Shown here: positions 1 through 11,825 of the stretch, piece by piece
How positions within the stretch are numbered: the stretch's first letter is position 1
How the letters are laid out: each line of letters begins with the position of its first letter
DNA from: Pedosphaera sp.
Lineage (GTDB): Bacteria > Verrucomicrobiota > Verrucomicrobiia > Limisphaerales > UBA1096
Reading direction: 5' to 3'
Assembly: GCA_022451065.1 (NCBI GenBank)
Contig: JAKUOU010000023.1
Span: forward strand, 1 to 63,472
Length of the DNA: 63,472 bases
Notes under the pieces: generated by a model
Told to the model about the DNA's origin: nothing
The model's database searches: none
The model's input: only the letters and a program-made list of their open reading frames with translations
Made by a program: the position numbers and the translations under genes

Positions 1-171
1 CCGCGCAATTTGCTGTTCATGTCGGCCGAGGTATTCCGAAACGTGATGAAAACCGAGCCAAAGCTGGTCTCGCCGGTGTTGTTCACGCAGGGCCACAGCA
101 TGGCAGATCGCATGGTGGCCGAAAACCAGAGGCTGAAGAGCAGGGCCAGCTCCACGTTCCTCCGGCTCTAG
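1..171 (+). CDS. 3' end of a truncated CDS, possibly a cyclic-nucleotide-binding domain protein
   Basis: Frame 1 is open from base 1 to TAG at 169-171 (PRNLLFMSAEVFRNVMKTEPKLVSPVLF...RL*). The pattern resembles the C-terminal helices of cNMP-binding domains; only 56 codons are visible. Confidence 0.45.
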   Translation, partial: PRNLLFMSAEVFRNVMKTEPKLVSPVLFTQGHSMADRMVAENQRLKSRASSTFLRL

Positions 172-217
172 CCGAATGCTGGACGCAAAATAAACCACCA
201 TTAAGGCAAAGAGACCG

Positions 218-246
218 TTGACATTAGCCCGCTGGATGGATATTTT
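218..246 (+). promoter_or_regulatory. sigma70-like promoter for the 273 ORF
   Basis: TTGACA (218-223), 17-nt spacer, TATTTT (241-246); AGGGAG Shine-Dalgarno-like site before ATG 273. Confidence 0.65.
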
Positions 247-272
247 TCCGGCCCTTTTAGGGAGTAAATCGC

Positions 273-1037
273 ATGGTTCGAATACTACTATTTGTAACAG
301 TTTTGGCCTTGGGTGGAGGCGCATTCATCGCTTTCAGCAATGTTCAGGGAGAGATGGACAGAATTACCACTGAACTGGATACAGCCCAAACCGACCTCGA
401 CAGCACTCGTCGTGATTTGGCCAAAGCCAAAACAGCCCAGGATAAGGCGGAGCAAGAAAATATGATCGCTCAAGGCCAAGCTGAAACCGCAATGGAGAAC
501 TTCCGCACTGCGCAGCGACAACTTGTACAGCAACGACAACGTGCCGATCAGCACGAAGCCGCCGCGAAAAAGTTCGAGGCCGATTTGATTCAAGCAAACG
601 CGTTCAGTGAGGGTTGGCGACAATTTCAACTTGCCAATGGCACACAGGATCAGATTAGGGAAAAACTAAACGCATACAGAGATGTCAGCAACCAACGTGC
701 CCAGTTTCTTGCCGAGAACGGCATTCTGCTCAGCCAAATCGAGAAGCAGGGGGTTGAATTGGCCCGTTACACCGGTGCCCCCGTGAAGGTCGCCCTTCCG
801 CGAACCCTTCAGGGCGAGGTCACTGCCGTGGATGCACAATTCGATTTTGTGGTGCTGAACATCGGGGAAAGCCAGGGTGCCCGCGAACACGGCGAACTGC
901 TCGTGAGCCGAGGCGAAAAACTCATTGGCAAACTCCGCATTCTCGATGTCAAAAAGGATCACAGCATCGCCAACATCCTCCCGGGTTGGAAACAGGAGGA
1001 AATCCAGACGGGCGACCTCGTCATCGTCGGGAACTAA
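273..1037 (+). CDS. membrane-anchored coiled-coil protein with small C-terminal beta domain (hypothetical)
   Basis: N-terminal hydrophobic helix, long Q/E/A/K heptad region, C-terminal GEVTAVD..FVVLNIG...G...GDLV beta-rich domain; good promoter and RBS. Confidence 0.8.
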   Translation: MVRILLFVTVLALGGGAFIAFSNVQGEMDRITTELDTAQTDLDSTRRDLAKAKTAQDKAEQENMIAQGQAETAMENFRTAQRQLVQQRQRADQHEAAAKKFEADLIQANAFSEGWRQFQLANGTQDQIREKLNAYRDVSNQRAQFLAENGILLSQIEKQGVELARYTGAPVKVALPRTLQGEVTAVDAQFDFVVLNIGESQGAREHGELLVSRGEKLIGKLRILDVKKDHSIANILPGWKQEEIQTGDLVIVGN

Positions 1038-1051
1038 CCCGGCACTTTTAT

Positions 1052-1228
1052 ATGCGTTCATTGACCAGGGTCATCCTCTCCTTCTTCGCGATTATCTTCG
1101 CGGTCCTGGGCTTGGGTTTGACCACGGGATGCATCGGGCCGGACACTGAAAATAAGTCCGCCCGCCCCTGGAACACTCCCCGCCCTTGGGAGCACGGTAT
1201 TCCGGGCAGTATCTCGGAACGCCGCTAA
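1052..1228 (+). CDS. small putative lipoprotein (58 aa)
   Basis: ATG 1052 inside track ORF 986..1228; signal peptide ending in the lipobox-like LTTG-C; mature part has PWNTPRPWE; followed by a terminator. Confidence 0.7.
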   Translation: MRSLTRVILSFFAIIFAVLGLGLTTGCIGPDTENKSARPWNTPRPWEHGIPGSISERR

Positions 1229-1253
1229 TTTCACGAAAAAGATCGTTCCCTCG

Positions 1254-1276
1254 CCGGGCTTTTGCCCGGTTTTTTT
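1254..1276 (+). terminator. intrinsic terminator
   Basis: CCGGGC-TTTT-GCCCGG hairpin followed by a 7-T run. Confidence 0.75.
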
Positions 1277-1359
1277 GTTTTCCCCAACAACCCAACTTGT
1301 GGTATAAATCGAGTCTGATTAAATAAGCGAGCCGCGTTCGGTTCGCACCAACAGGCATT

Positions 1360-3963
<2,604 letters not shown>

Positions 3964-3970
3964 GCCGATC

Positions 3971-4606
3971 TCAGCCCGCTTGTTTGGCCAAGCGCTTGAC
4001 CGGACCGATGTGGAGGCCGATGAATTGATCGAGATAAACGGCCAAGCGGCGAAGCTGCTCCTCGCTCGGCCGCAGCTTGGCCAAGCTGTCCCAGTCGGTT
4101 GTGGCCATTGTTGCGGCAACGGCGCGTGTGCCATCGTCGAGCTTGGCCTTGGCCCAATCCGGCTCCTGCCCCTGGGCGGCGAGAAGCTTCACTTCAAACA
4201 CGCCGAGCCAAAACTCCCCCGCTCCCCCGGTGTTGAGCCGAGTCACCAGTTCCAGCAACAAGCTGAACTCGGCCCGAAGCGGCGTCTGCTCCTCGGTGCA
4301 CCGCGCAAGCAGCCTGGTCGCCCGGGCGAGGCAGTCGAGCAGGTTCACGTCGGTACGGAGATTGGGGAACGGCTCTTTCAGCACGACCTCGCAAAGCGTG
4401 TGCAGGTCGGAACGCCGACTGCGGCGGAAGCTAAACTCCGCCAGATGAAACAGGTCGAGCTTGCCCCGGAACGCCGACCTAGGCCGGCGCGCCCCCTTGG
4501 CCACGGTGCCGATACGGCCAGCCTCGGGGCTAAGCCAATGGACGACAAGACTGGTTTCCGTCAAAGGAAAAAGCCGCAGGACCAGGCCGGTGGCACGCTC
4601 ATCCAT
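3971..4606 (-). CDS. recO: DNA repair protein RecO
   Basis: Start reassigned to ATG 4606 (MDERATGLVLR...ETSLVVHWLS...GRI..VAKGARR), the typical RecO OB-fold N-terminus; overlaps the DUF502 stop. Confidence 0.85.
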   Translation of the reverse strand: MDERATGLVLRLFPLTETSLVVHWLSPEAGRIGTVAKGARRPRSAFRGKLDLFHLAEFSFRRSRRSDLHTLCEVVLKEPFPNLRTDVNLLDCLARATRLLARCTEEQTPLRAEFSLLLELVTRLNTGGAGEFWLGVFEVKLLAAQGQEPDWAKAKLDDGTRAVAATMATTDWDSLAKLRPSEEQLRRLAVYLDQFIGLHIGPVKRLAKQAG

Positions 4607-5303
4607 CAGCCAGCATTCTTGCCGCCTCGGCCTTGAACGCCGCCTGCACGCCGCCCGCGTTTTCTGGCGCCACGGCACCGAGGCTAACAATGTATTTGAT
4701 GCCATCCGCGACCGACATATCTAGCTTGATCACCTTGCTCTGCGGCAATACCAGCAGAAAACCGGTGGTCGGGTTTGGCGTGGTGGGCACGAAAATACTG
4801 ATGATACTCTCACCCTCGTCAGTGCGAACCTGCTCGGCCGTCATGAACCCGATCGAGTACAGCCCCTTGCGCGGAAACTCGACCATTACAACCTGCTGAA
4901 AATTGGATTTTTTATCGGAGGCGAACGCCTGGTTGACCTGCTTGACCGTACCGTAAATTTTGCCGAGAAGCGGAACATTGAGCAGCACATAGTCCATGAG
5001 TTGAACCAATTTTTTACCGACATAATAACGCGTCAGAAATCCAAGCAAGCCGGTCAGCACGATAGCCTCAAAAATGGCCACTACTCCCCAATACCAGACC
5101 AGTTCATCCCCATTTTTAAAACTGTCCGCATCAATCCCGGGAATGTATTTGAAAGGAAAGAGAAGAATTTTGGAAACATTTCCAGCCTTTTCGAACAGCC
5201 AAAGCGCAACGATGATCGAGATGATCACCGGTAGAACAACGGCAAGGCCGGTGAAAAAATTGCGGCGGGCGCGCCCTAACCTAGTTTTCTGCTGCTTGCT
5301 CAT
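4599..5303 (-). CDS. DUF502 family membrane protein
   Basis: FFTGLAVVLP, two TM helices, VEFPRKG and FVPTTPNPTTGF signatures. Confidence 0.9.
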   Translation of the reverse strand: MSKQQKTRLGRARRNFFTGLAVVLPVIISIIVALWLFEKAGNVSKILLFPFKYIPGIDADSFKNGDELVWYWGVVAIFEAIVLTGLLGFLTRYYVGKKLVQLMDYVLLNVPLLGKIYGTVKQVNQAFASDKKSNFQQVVMVEFPRKGLYSIGFMTAEQVRTDEGESIISIFVPTTPNPTTGFLLVLPQSKVIKLDMSVADGIKYIVSLGAVAPENAGGVQAAFKAEAARMLADG

Positions 5304-5800
5304 CTGCCAACCGTTTTAGTCGCTCTCGCCAACTGACTCAAGGGAAAGCGCTTTGACGCTAACTTTATCAGGTGGTTCTCCTTCCGCTTCATAATTCGAC
5401 GCAGCTCCGGCCTTGAGTCGTCGTACCCTCGAAGATGCAATATCCCATGGATCAAGTAACGCGCCAGCTCATTTTCCCATGAGGTTTTGAATTTCTGCGC
5501 AAACTCTTCCGCGACTGCCGGACAGATGAAAATATCACCGAGGATCGGCCCTGGCCTGGGCACACCACCCGACTTTCCGTAGTCGAAGGTGATCACGTCA
5601 GTCGCCCCCACGTGCCGTAGATATTCCCAGTTGACCTTGGTCATCTCGTCCGGGCCGACGAGGTAAACCCCAAGCTCATGCGCTCCCGGCTCGACCACTT
5701 GGCCTGGCTCGGTCTCTGCCAACACCCACTTGGCCAAGCGGCGCAACAGCCATGGATCGGCAGGATGGGTCTTTTGGCGGCTACGGATGGTCAGTGGCAT
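5300..5800 (-). CDS. ybeY: rRNA maturation RNase YbeY
   Basis: TDVITF, LGDIFIC and HGILHLRGYD motifs; lies downstream of phoH, a common arrangement. Confidence 0.9.
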   Translation of the reverse strand: MPLTIRSRQKTHPADPWLLRRLAKWVLAETEPGQVVEPGAHELGVYLVGPDEMTKVNWEYLRHVGATDVITFDYGKSGGVPRPGPILGDIFICPAVAEEFAQKFKTSWENELARYLIHGILHLRGYDDSRPELRRIMKRKENHLIKLASKRFPLSQLARATKTVGR

Positions 5801-5830
5801 CGGCAGGTTCGGCTTGGCTAGGCACTGGTG

Positions 5831-6787
5831 TCACTCCCCACCTTTACGGAAGTCATCGTACGCCTGAACGATCCGCTGGACGAGCGGATGACGGACTACG
5901 TCACGCTTTTCGAAGTTGCAAATGGCAATCCCCTCGATCTCGGCCAAAGCCTTTTTTGCCTCGACGATGCCGGAGGTCTTGTTTGGCGGTAGGTCGATCT
6001 GTGTCGGGTCGCCGGTGATGACCGCCTTGGAGTTAAAGCCCAGCCGCGTTAGGAACATCAGCATCTGCTCGGCAGTGGAATTCTGCGCCTCGTCGAGAAT
6101 AATGAAGGCGTTGTTGAGCGTACGGCCGCGCATGTAGGCCAGCGGCGCGATCTCGATCATGCCGCGATCCATATGTTTCTGCACCTCCTCCATCGGCAGC
6201 AGGTCCTGCAATGCGTCGTGCAGCGGCCGCAGGTACGGCGCCAGTTTCTCGTAAAGGTCGCCCGGCAGGAAACCAAGCGCCTCACCTGCCTCAACCGCCG
6301 GTCGAGTGAGAATGATACGCGACACCTTTTCCTCCTTAAGCGCAATGACGGCCAGGGTCATCGCGAGGAACGTCTTGCCGGTGCCGGCCGGCCCCATGCC
6401 GATGGTGATATCGTGATTCTGGATCGCCTCAATGTAGTGCTTCTGCCCGAGCGTCTTGGGGTTAACCGGCGGCTTACGAGCGGAGGTTTGCAGTGTGACC
6501 GAGTAAAGTCCATTTAACGCCTCCGGACCGTTGCTCGCCACGGTGTTCACCGCATAGCTAAAGTCACGGTTGCGGATCGCGACACCGGCCTTGACCGCGC
6601 TCTCGAGCGACTGGAACAACCCGGTCGCCCTCGCGACGTCATCCTCCCCGCCGTCGAGCTTGATCCAGCCGTCGCGGCTGGTCGCCTTGACGCCGAAACG
6701 CGCCTCGAGCATCTGGAGGTTCTTCGGGTTGTTGTTGAAAAGCTGCTGGGCGATCCGGGCGTTGTCGTAGTGCAGCGTGGAAGTCAT
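5831..6787 (-). CDS. phoH: PhoH-family ATPase (YbeZ-like)
   Basis: GPAGTGKT, TRPAVEAGEALGFLPGDL, MRGRTL, ILDEAQN, DVVRHPLV. Confidence 0.95.
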   Translation of the reverse strand: MTSTLHYDNARIAQQLFNNNPKNLQMLEARFGVKATSRDGWIKLDGGEDDVARATGLFQSLESAVKAGVAIRNRDFSYAVNTVASNGPEALNGLYSVTLQTSARKPPVNPKTLGQKHYIEAIQNHDITIGMGPAGTGKTFLAMTLAVIALKEEKVSRIILTRPAVEAGEALGFLPGDLYEKLAPYLRPLHDALQDLLPMEEVQKHMDRGMIEIAPLAYMRGRTLNNAFIILDEAQNSTAEQMLMFLTRLGFNSKAVITGDPTQIDLPPNKTSGIVEAKKALAEIEGIAICNFEKRDVVRHPLVQRIVQAYDDFRKGGE

Positions 6788-6824
6788 CGTGTCAGAGCGA
6801 ACAAATCAGGATTGGAGGCACGAG

Positions 6825-7937
6825 TCAAACCAAGTGTGCGAAACGGTTGTTCCTGGCTAGGCGAGCGACGATTTGCTTAATCTTCTGTGACTCGGACTGG
6901 TGGGCGACCATGGTGGCATCGTCGGTCTGCACGACGACCATGTCACTGATGCCAACGATGGCAATCGGCCCGCGTTTTCGTGTCCGGGCGTCGAAGACCA
7001 CGTTGTTCGCGGAGTCGATTTGTACGAGGTCGCCGACGGCGCAATTGCCCGCCGCATCCGGCTTGAGGTGCCGCGCCAAGGCCGGCCACGAGCCGAGGTC
7101 GTCCCAGCCGAACACGCCGTCGGCACAGACAATGTTTTGCGCGTTCTCCATGATGGCATAATCCACCGATATTTTTTCCAGCTTGGGATAGTCCCTGGCC
7201 AAGGCTGCATTGAGCTTGGCCAAGCCGCGGATGCCACGCCATTGCTCAGCCGCGGCGGATAACATGGGCTGCTGTCGAAGCAACTCTGCGGCAATGGTCT
7301 CGTGCGACCAGATAAACATCCCAGCGTTCCAACGGTAGCGGCCACTCTTGAGGTAGCGCTTGGCCATGGCGAGATTCGGCTTTTCTACAAATTTTTTCGC
7401 GGCAAAAAAAGTGGACTTGAGTGACTTGGTCGAGGCCTTGGCCAGCTTGTTGCCAACCTGAATATAGCCGTAGCCGGTGGCCGGCTCGTGCGGCTCGATG
7501 CCGATGGTGACGAGCGCCGACTCGCGCTTGGCCAGGATCATCGAGTCGATCAGCACGCGGCGAAACTTGACCTCGTCCGGAATGACATGGTCGGCCGGCA
7601 ACACAGCCATCACGCCGTTCGCGGACCGGGCGCCGACCAGCGCCGCACCCAGTGCCACCGCGGCACAGGTGTCGCGACCGCACGGCTCGCCGATGATGTT
7701 ACGCCTGGGCAACTCGGGTAATTGCCTGCGCACGGCGGCGGCCTGCACGGCATTGGTGATGATGAAAATATTCTCGATCGGCACAACCGGCTTCACGCGG
7801 TCGACCGTCTGCTGCAGAAATGACCGATCTCCCAACAGGGTGATCAATTGTTTCGGCTTACGCTCGCGGCTGACCGGCCAAAAACGTTCGCCGCGGCCGC
7901 CGGCCATGATGATAATGTAGCGATCTTTGCGTTGCAT
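6825..7937 (-). CDS. manC: mannose-1-phosphate guanylyltransferase
   Basis: IMAGGRGERFWP.SR...PKQ, PADH, TGYGYI, FVEKP, WNAGMF, SVDYAIME, GWDDLGSW. Confidence 0.92.
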   Translation of the reverse strand: MQRKDRYIIIMAGGRGERFWPVSRERKPKQLITLLGDRSFLQQTVDRVKPVVPIENIFIITNAVQAAAVRRQLPELPRRNIIGEPCGRDTCAAVALGAALVGARSANGVMAVLPADHVIPDEVKFRRVLIDSMILAKRESALVTIGIEPHEPATGYGYIQVGNKLAKASTKSLKSTFFAAKKFVEKPNLAMAKRYLKSGRYRWNAGMFIWSHETIAAELLRQQPMLSAAAEQWRGIRGLAKLNAALARDYPKLEKISVDYAIMENAQNIVCADGVFGWDDLGSWPALARHLKPDAAGNCAVGDLVQIDSANNVVFDARTRKRGPIAIVGISDMVVVQTDDATMVAHQSESQKIKQIVARLARNNRFAHLV

Positions 7938-7949
7938 TGACAGGTTAAA

Positions 7950-8744
7950 TCAGCGGATGCCGTTGATAAGGTTCGCCGTGAACGACTTGACGGTCTGCAC
8001 GAGATCGGCGGCGCGGCCTTTGTCGGCGATTTGATTGACGATCGCGCTGCCGACCACGATCGCCTCGGCGTTTTTCGCGACCTCGGCGGCCTGTTCCGGG
8101 TTCGAGATGCCAAAGCCGACGGCGATCGGGATGTCGGTGTGCTCACGGATAATCCTGGTCATCGGCCCGATCGTGTCCGAGACGGTTTGCTGCATGCCGG
8201 TGACACCCTCACGCGACACATAATAAATGAAACCTTTGCCACGCTTGACGATCAGTTCCACCCGATCCGGCGGTGTGGTTGGCGCGACGAGATAAATCGG
8301 ACACAGGCCGGCAGCGGCCATCAGCGACTCGTAGTTTCCCGACTCCTCCGGCGGGAGATCGAGCACGAGCAACCCATCGACTCCCGCGACGGCGGCGGCC
8401 TGCACGAACTCGGCGAGTCCGTGCTTGTGCAGCAGGTTGAAATAGACGTAGAGGACGATCGGGATACCGGACGACACGCGGATTCGCGAAATGGTCTCCA
8501 GCACTTTGCCCGGTGTGGTGTCAGAATCGAGCCCTCTCTGCGCTGCCAGTTGGTTGACCAAGCCATCGGCTAACGGATCGCTGAACGGCACGCCGAGTTC
8601 CAGCACATCCACCCCAATCTCGTCGAACGCCAGTGCCAGATCGTGCGTCACGTCGAGGTCGGGGTCTCCCGCGCCAATGTATACCACAAATCCTTTTTGG
8701 CCCTCCTCTTTCAGGCGTTGAAACCGTTCTTCGATGCGGTTCAT
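7950..8744 (-). CDS. trpA: tryptophan synthase alpha subunit
   Basis: Start reassigned to ATG 8744 (MNRIEERF); ELGVPFSDPLADG, YYVSREGVTG, VGFGIS, VVGSAIV. Confidence 0.96.
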   Translation of the reverse strand: MNRIEERFQRLKEEGQKGFVVYIGAGDPDLDVTHDLALAFDEIGVDVLELGVPFSDPLADGLVNQLAAQRGLDSDTTPGKVLETISRIRVSSGIPIVLYVYFNLLHKHGLAEFVQAAAVAGVDGLLVLDLPPEESGNYESLMAAAGLCPIYLVAPTTPPDRVELIVKRGKGFIYYVSREGVTGMQQTVSDTIGPMTRIIREHTDIPIAVGFGISNPEQAAEVAKNAEAIVVGSAIVNQIADKGRAADLVQTVKSFTANLINGIR

Positions 8745-8752
8745 GCGCGGGC

Positions 8753-8781
8753 AGCATGCCAAGCGATAGCGGCAGAGGCAA
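8753..8781 (-). promoter_or_regulatory. putative sigma70-like promoter 8 nt from the trpA ATG (leaderless candidate)
   Basis: Minus strand reads TTGCCT-17 nt-CATGCT-8 nt-ATG. Confidence 0.5.
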
Positions 8782-8826
8782 GAAACGCACTCGGCCAGGC
8801 GGTTCAAAACGAATTACGGAATAGCC

Positions 8827-9894
8827 TTGGCCAAGCACAGGCCGTATAACGCGCCCGTGCCTGACGAACCGCAACCGACAGCCACCCACGCCACCGACCT
8901 GCTCCGGCGCAGCCTGGCCAACGGTCGGCTTGGCCATGCGTATTTGTTCGCCGGAGGCACGATCGAGTCGCTCGAGGCCCACGCAACCGCGCTGGCGAGG
9001 ACGCTCAACTGCCAGTCGCCGCCAGCGACCGGCGAAACAGGCATCCCACTCGAGCCCTGCGGCGACTGCATCTCATGCCGCAAGGTGGATTCGGGCAACT
9101 TCCCCGACCTCGACTTCATCCGCCCGGAGAAAAAATCACGCATCATCAGCATTGAGCAAATCCGCAACCTCACGCGTAAAGTATCCCTCAAGCCAACCGA
9201 GGGACGTTACAAGGTGGCGATCATTACCGGCGCAGATCGCATGCCTGGCCCCACGTTTAACGCCTTCCTCAAGACATTGGAGGAACCGCCAGAGCGAACA
9301 ATCTTCATTCTGTTGAGCGTACGCCCGGATCAACTCGGGGAGACAGTCCGCTCCCGGTGCATGAGGGTGAATTTCGGGGGAAAGGCCGACGTGCAACTTG
9401 AATGCAACGATGCGGCCTGGCTGAAGTCGTTCGTCGGGATGACCGCCGAGACCGACGCAGGACTCATGGGGCGCTATCGGCTTCTCGGCAACCTGATGGA
9501 ACACTTGGCGGCCAAACACGAAACCATTGAGGAAATTCAGGAGGAAGCGTCACCGCTGAACCAGCACAACGATATCGAGCCGGCGCTCCGGGAGAAATTA
9601 AAAGAGGAACTCAATGCTGCAATTGAGGCGGAGTACCGACGACAACGCGGGCAGTTTCTTGCCGGGCTCCAGTGGTGGCTACGCGATGTGTGGTTGGCAG
9701 CGCTTCGGCAGAGCCGGGAACTGTTGCATTTTCAGGAATGGGCCGACACTTCGGAGGCCATCGGCCAAAGACTGACCCCCGGGCAGGCGCTCGAGAACCT
9801 GCAATCGATCGAGGCCACCCAGCGCCTGCTCGAGACGACCAATGTGCAGGAGGCACTCGCACTCGAAGTCGGGTTGCTTAAACTCAAACTCTGA
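8827..9894 (+). CDS. holB: DNA polymerase III subunit delta-prime
   Basis: GRLGHAYLF, zinc-module cysteines (LNC...PCGDCISC), ISIEQIR, NAFLKTLEEPP, TVRSRC. The true start may be GTG 8856. Confidence 0.88.
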   Translation: MAKHRPYNAPVPDEPQPTATHATDLLRRSLANGRLGHAYLFAGGTIESLEAHATALARTLNCQSPPATGETGIPLEPCGDCISCRKVDSGNFPDLDFIRPEKKSRIISIEQIRNLTRKVSLKPTEGRYKVAIITGADRMPGPTFNAFLKTLEEPPERTIFILLSVRPDQLGETVRSRCMRVNFGGKADVQLECNDAAWLKSFVGMTAETDAGLMGRYRLLGNLMEHLAAKHETIEEIQEEASPLNQHNDIEPALREKLKEELNAAIEAEYRRQRGQFLAGLQWWLRDVWLAALRQSRELLHFQEWADTSEAIGQRLTPGQALENLQSIEATQRLLETTNVQEALALEVGLLKLKL

Positions 9895-9903
9895 CAGCGC
9901 CCA

Positions 9904-11364
9904 ATGTTCGCCGACACCCCAGAACAAAAGGATCGTGTCTTTTTGATCCTCACCGGTGTTTGGTTGTTCACCGCCCTGTTCCTGTTCGGCAACCCGGTTA
10001 TTCTCGATTATTTGCATTCGCCCAAGAGTATCGGTTTCTCCGCCAACTTGCTGGATTTGCCGGCTCAGAACAACTCCAACGTCCGGCCGTACCTTGGCAT
10101 CCTCGCCGTGCTTGGCCTTGCGTGCGTACTGGGTTTTTCGCGCTTGACCAAGCCGAAGTTGCAGTTGCCATCGGGCGTGCCCAAGTGGCTTGCCTGGCTG
10201 CCAGTCGCCTGGTTGGGATGGCAACTGCTGTCATATAGCCAAACAGAAGACCATGCGATGTCGCTGGCGACGGTGATCCATTTTACTTCATGCTTGGCGG
10301 CGTTTTACCTGGGACTGTTTGTGCTGAGCCGAATGCGCCTGGCCAAGCTGGCGCTTTGGGGTGCAGCGCTTGGTTTAATTTTCAACCTCGTGGACGCCTG
10401 CGTCGAAAAGTTTGGCGGACTCGAGTTGACGCGTAACAACATCATCGAGAAACTCGAATCCAGAGAAATCGACCCGCCGAAAATTCGCATCCAAGCAGGC
10501 GGAGAAGGGAAAATCATCCCACTCGAAATCGAACAACAGATCGCCCAACTCCCGCCTGAGACTGCGGCCAAGATTCGGCAGCTTCCGATCGAGTTGGTCA
10601 AGCGCATGTACAGCACTCGCCTCTACGGGCACATGTTTTACCCAAATGCACTGGCCGGGGTAATCCTGCTCCTGCTACCGGTGTCGATCGCACTGCTTGT
10701 CGGCCAAGGGCGCTGGCATGCGCTCCGCATCTCGCTTGCAACTGGCTTGGGAGCGGTCGGCTTGGCCTGCCTTTACTGGTCCGGCTCGAAGGCGGGCTGG
10801 CTGATTGCACTGGTGCTGCTCGGTACCTGGTTTCTGTATTTGCCATTGTCGAGGAAACTGAAACTGGGTTTGGCCAGTGCGGCGATGGTGCTGGGCCTGA
10901 CCGGGTTTGCCGTGAAGTACGCCGACTACTTTGACCGCGGAGCGACGAGTGTCGGGGCTCGGTTTGGCTACTGGGGTGCCGCTGTGCAGTCAGCGACTGA
11001 GAAACCCCTGCTGGGCACTGGTCCAGGAACGTTTCAGCTTGCGTACAAGCGGCATCGCACACCGGACGCGGAACCGACACGGCTCACACACAATGACTAC
11101 CTGCAGCAGGCGAGCGACTCCGGGTGGCCGGGGTTTGCCCTTTACGCGGCGTTCATCGGTGGTGCGGGATGGGTGCTGGCCAGGCGGCGTCTGGACGATC
11201 CGCTGCTGATCGCCGTGCAACTCGGCCTACTGGCCTGGCTACTGCAGGGGTTCGTCGAGTTCGGGCTGTACATCCCGGCGCTCGCCTGGCCGGCCTGGCT
11301 GATGCTGGGCTGGCTACTGGCGTTGCCGACAAATCGGTTCGACAAAAGCACGGTAACTGAATAA
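9904..11364 (+). CDS. O-antigen ligase / O-oligosaccharyltransferase family membrane protein (Wzy_C)
   Basis: Multiple TM helices; YPNALAG, SGSKAGWL, PLLGTGPGTF and HNDYLQ motifs. Confidence 0.82.
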   Translation: MFADTPEQKDRVFLILTGVWLFTALFLFGNPVILDYLHSPKSIGFSANLLDLPAQNNSNVRPYLGILAVLGLACVLGFSRLTKPKLQLPSGVPKWLAWLPVAWLGWQLLSYSQTEDHAMSLATVIHFTSCLAAFYLGLFVLSRMRLAKLALWGAALGLIFNLVDACVEKFGGLELTRNNIIEKLESREIDPPKIRIQAGGEGKIIPLEIEQQIAQLPPETAAKIRQLPIELVKRMYSTRLYGHMFYPNALAGVILLLLPVSIALLVGQGRWHALRISLATGLGAVGLACLYWSGSKAGWLIALVLLGTWFLYLPLSRKLKLGLASAAMVLGLTGFAVKYADYFDRGATSVGARFGYWGAAVQSATEKPLLGTGPGTFQLAYKRHRTPDAEPTRLTHNDYLQQASDSGWPGFALYAAFIGGAGWVLARRRLDDPLLIAVQLGLLAWLLQGFVEFGLYIPALAWPAWLMLGWLLALPTNRFDKSTVTE

Positions 11365-11378
11365 TAATCCTCCCGGAT

Positions 11379-11819
11379 GTGAAGGTATTATTCCTCAACG
11401 GCCCCAACCTAAACCTGCTGGGCCAGCGCGAACCGGAGATTTACGGCAGCATGACGCTGACGGATATCGAGGACATGGTTCGTGAACACGCCGACCGGCA
11501 CAATGTCGAGGTCGTGTTTCACCAATCCAACCACGAGGGCGAACTAGTGACACAAGTGCAACAGTCAGCCGGTGACTACGACTATGTGATCCTGAACGCG
11601 GCGGCGTATACCCACACGAGCATCGCGCTCAAGGATGCCATTGTCGGCTCCGGTGTAAGTGCCATCGAGATTCACCTCACCAACGTCCACGCCCGCGAGG
11701 CCTACCGGCGAAAGTCAATGATTGCCCAGGCCTGCATCGGCAGCATCAACGGCTTCGGCGCCTCCTCCTACATCCTCGGCCTCGAGGCAGCGATCCTGCA
11801 CAACAAGGCCAAACACTGA
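11379..11819 (+). CDS. aroQ: type II 3-dehydroquinate dehydratase
   Basis: LNGPNLNLLGQREPEIYG, QSNHEGELV, AYTHTSIAL, EIHLTNVHARE; GTG start. Confidence 0.96.
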   Translation: MKVLFLNGPNLNLLGQREPEIYGSMTLTDIEDMVREHADRHNVEVVFHQSNHEGELVTQVQQSAGDYDYVILNAAAYTHTSIALKDAIVGSGVSAIEIHLTNVHAREAYRRKSMIAQACIGSINGFGASSYILGLEAAILHNKAKH

Positions 11820-11825
11820 TTTTCC

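Noticed and set aside
1277-1359. CIRCE (HrcA) operator upstream of clpB
   Set aside because: No TTAGCACTC-N9-GAGTGCTAA match is visible.
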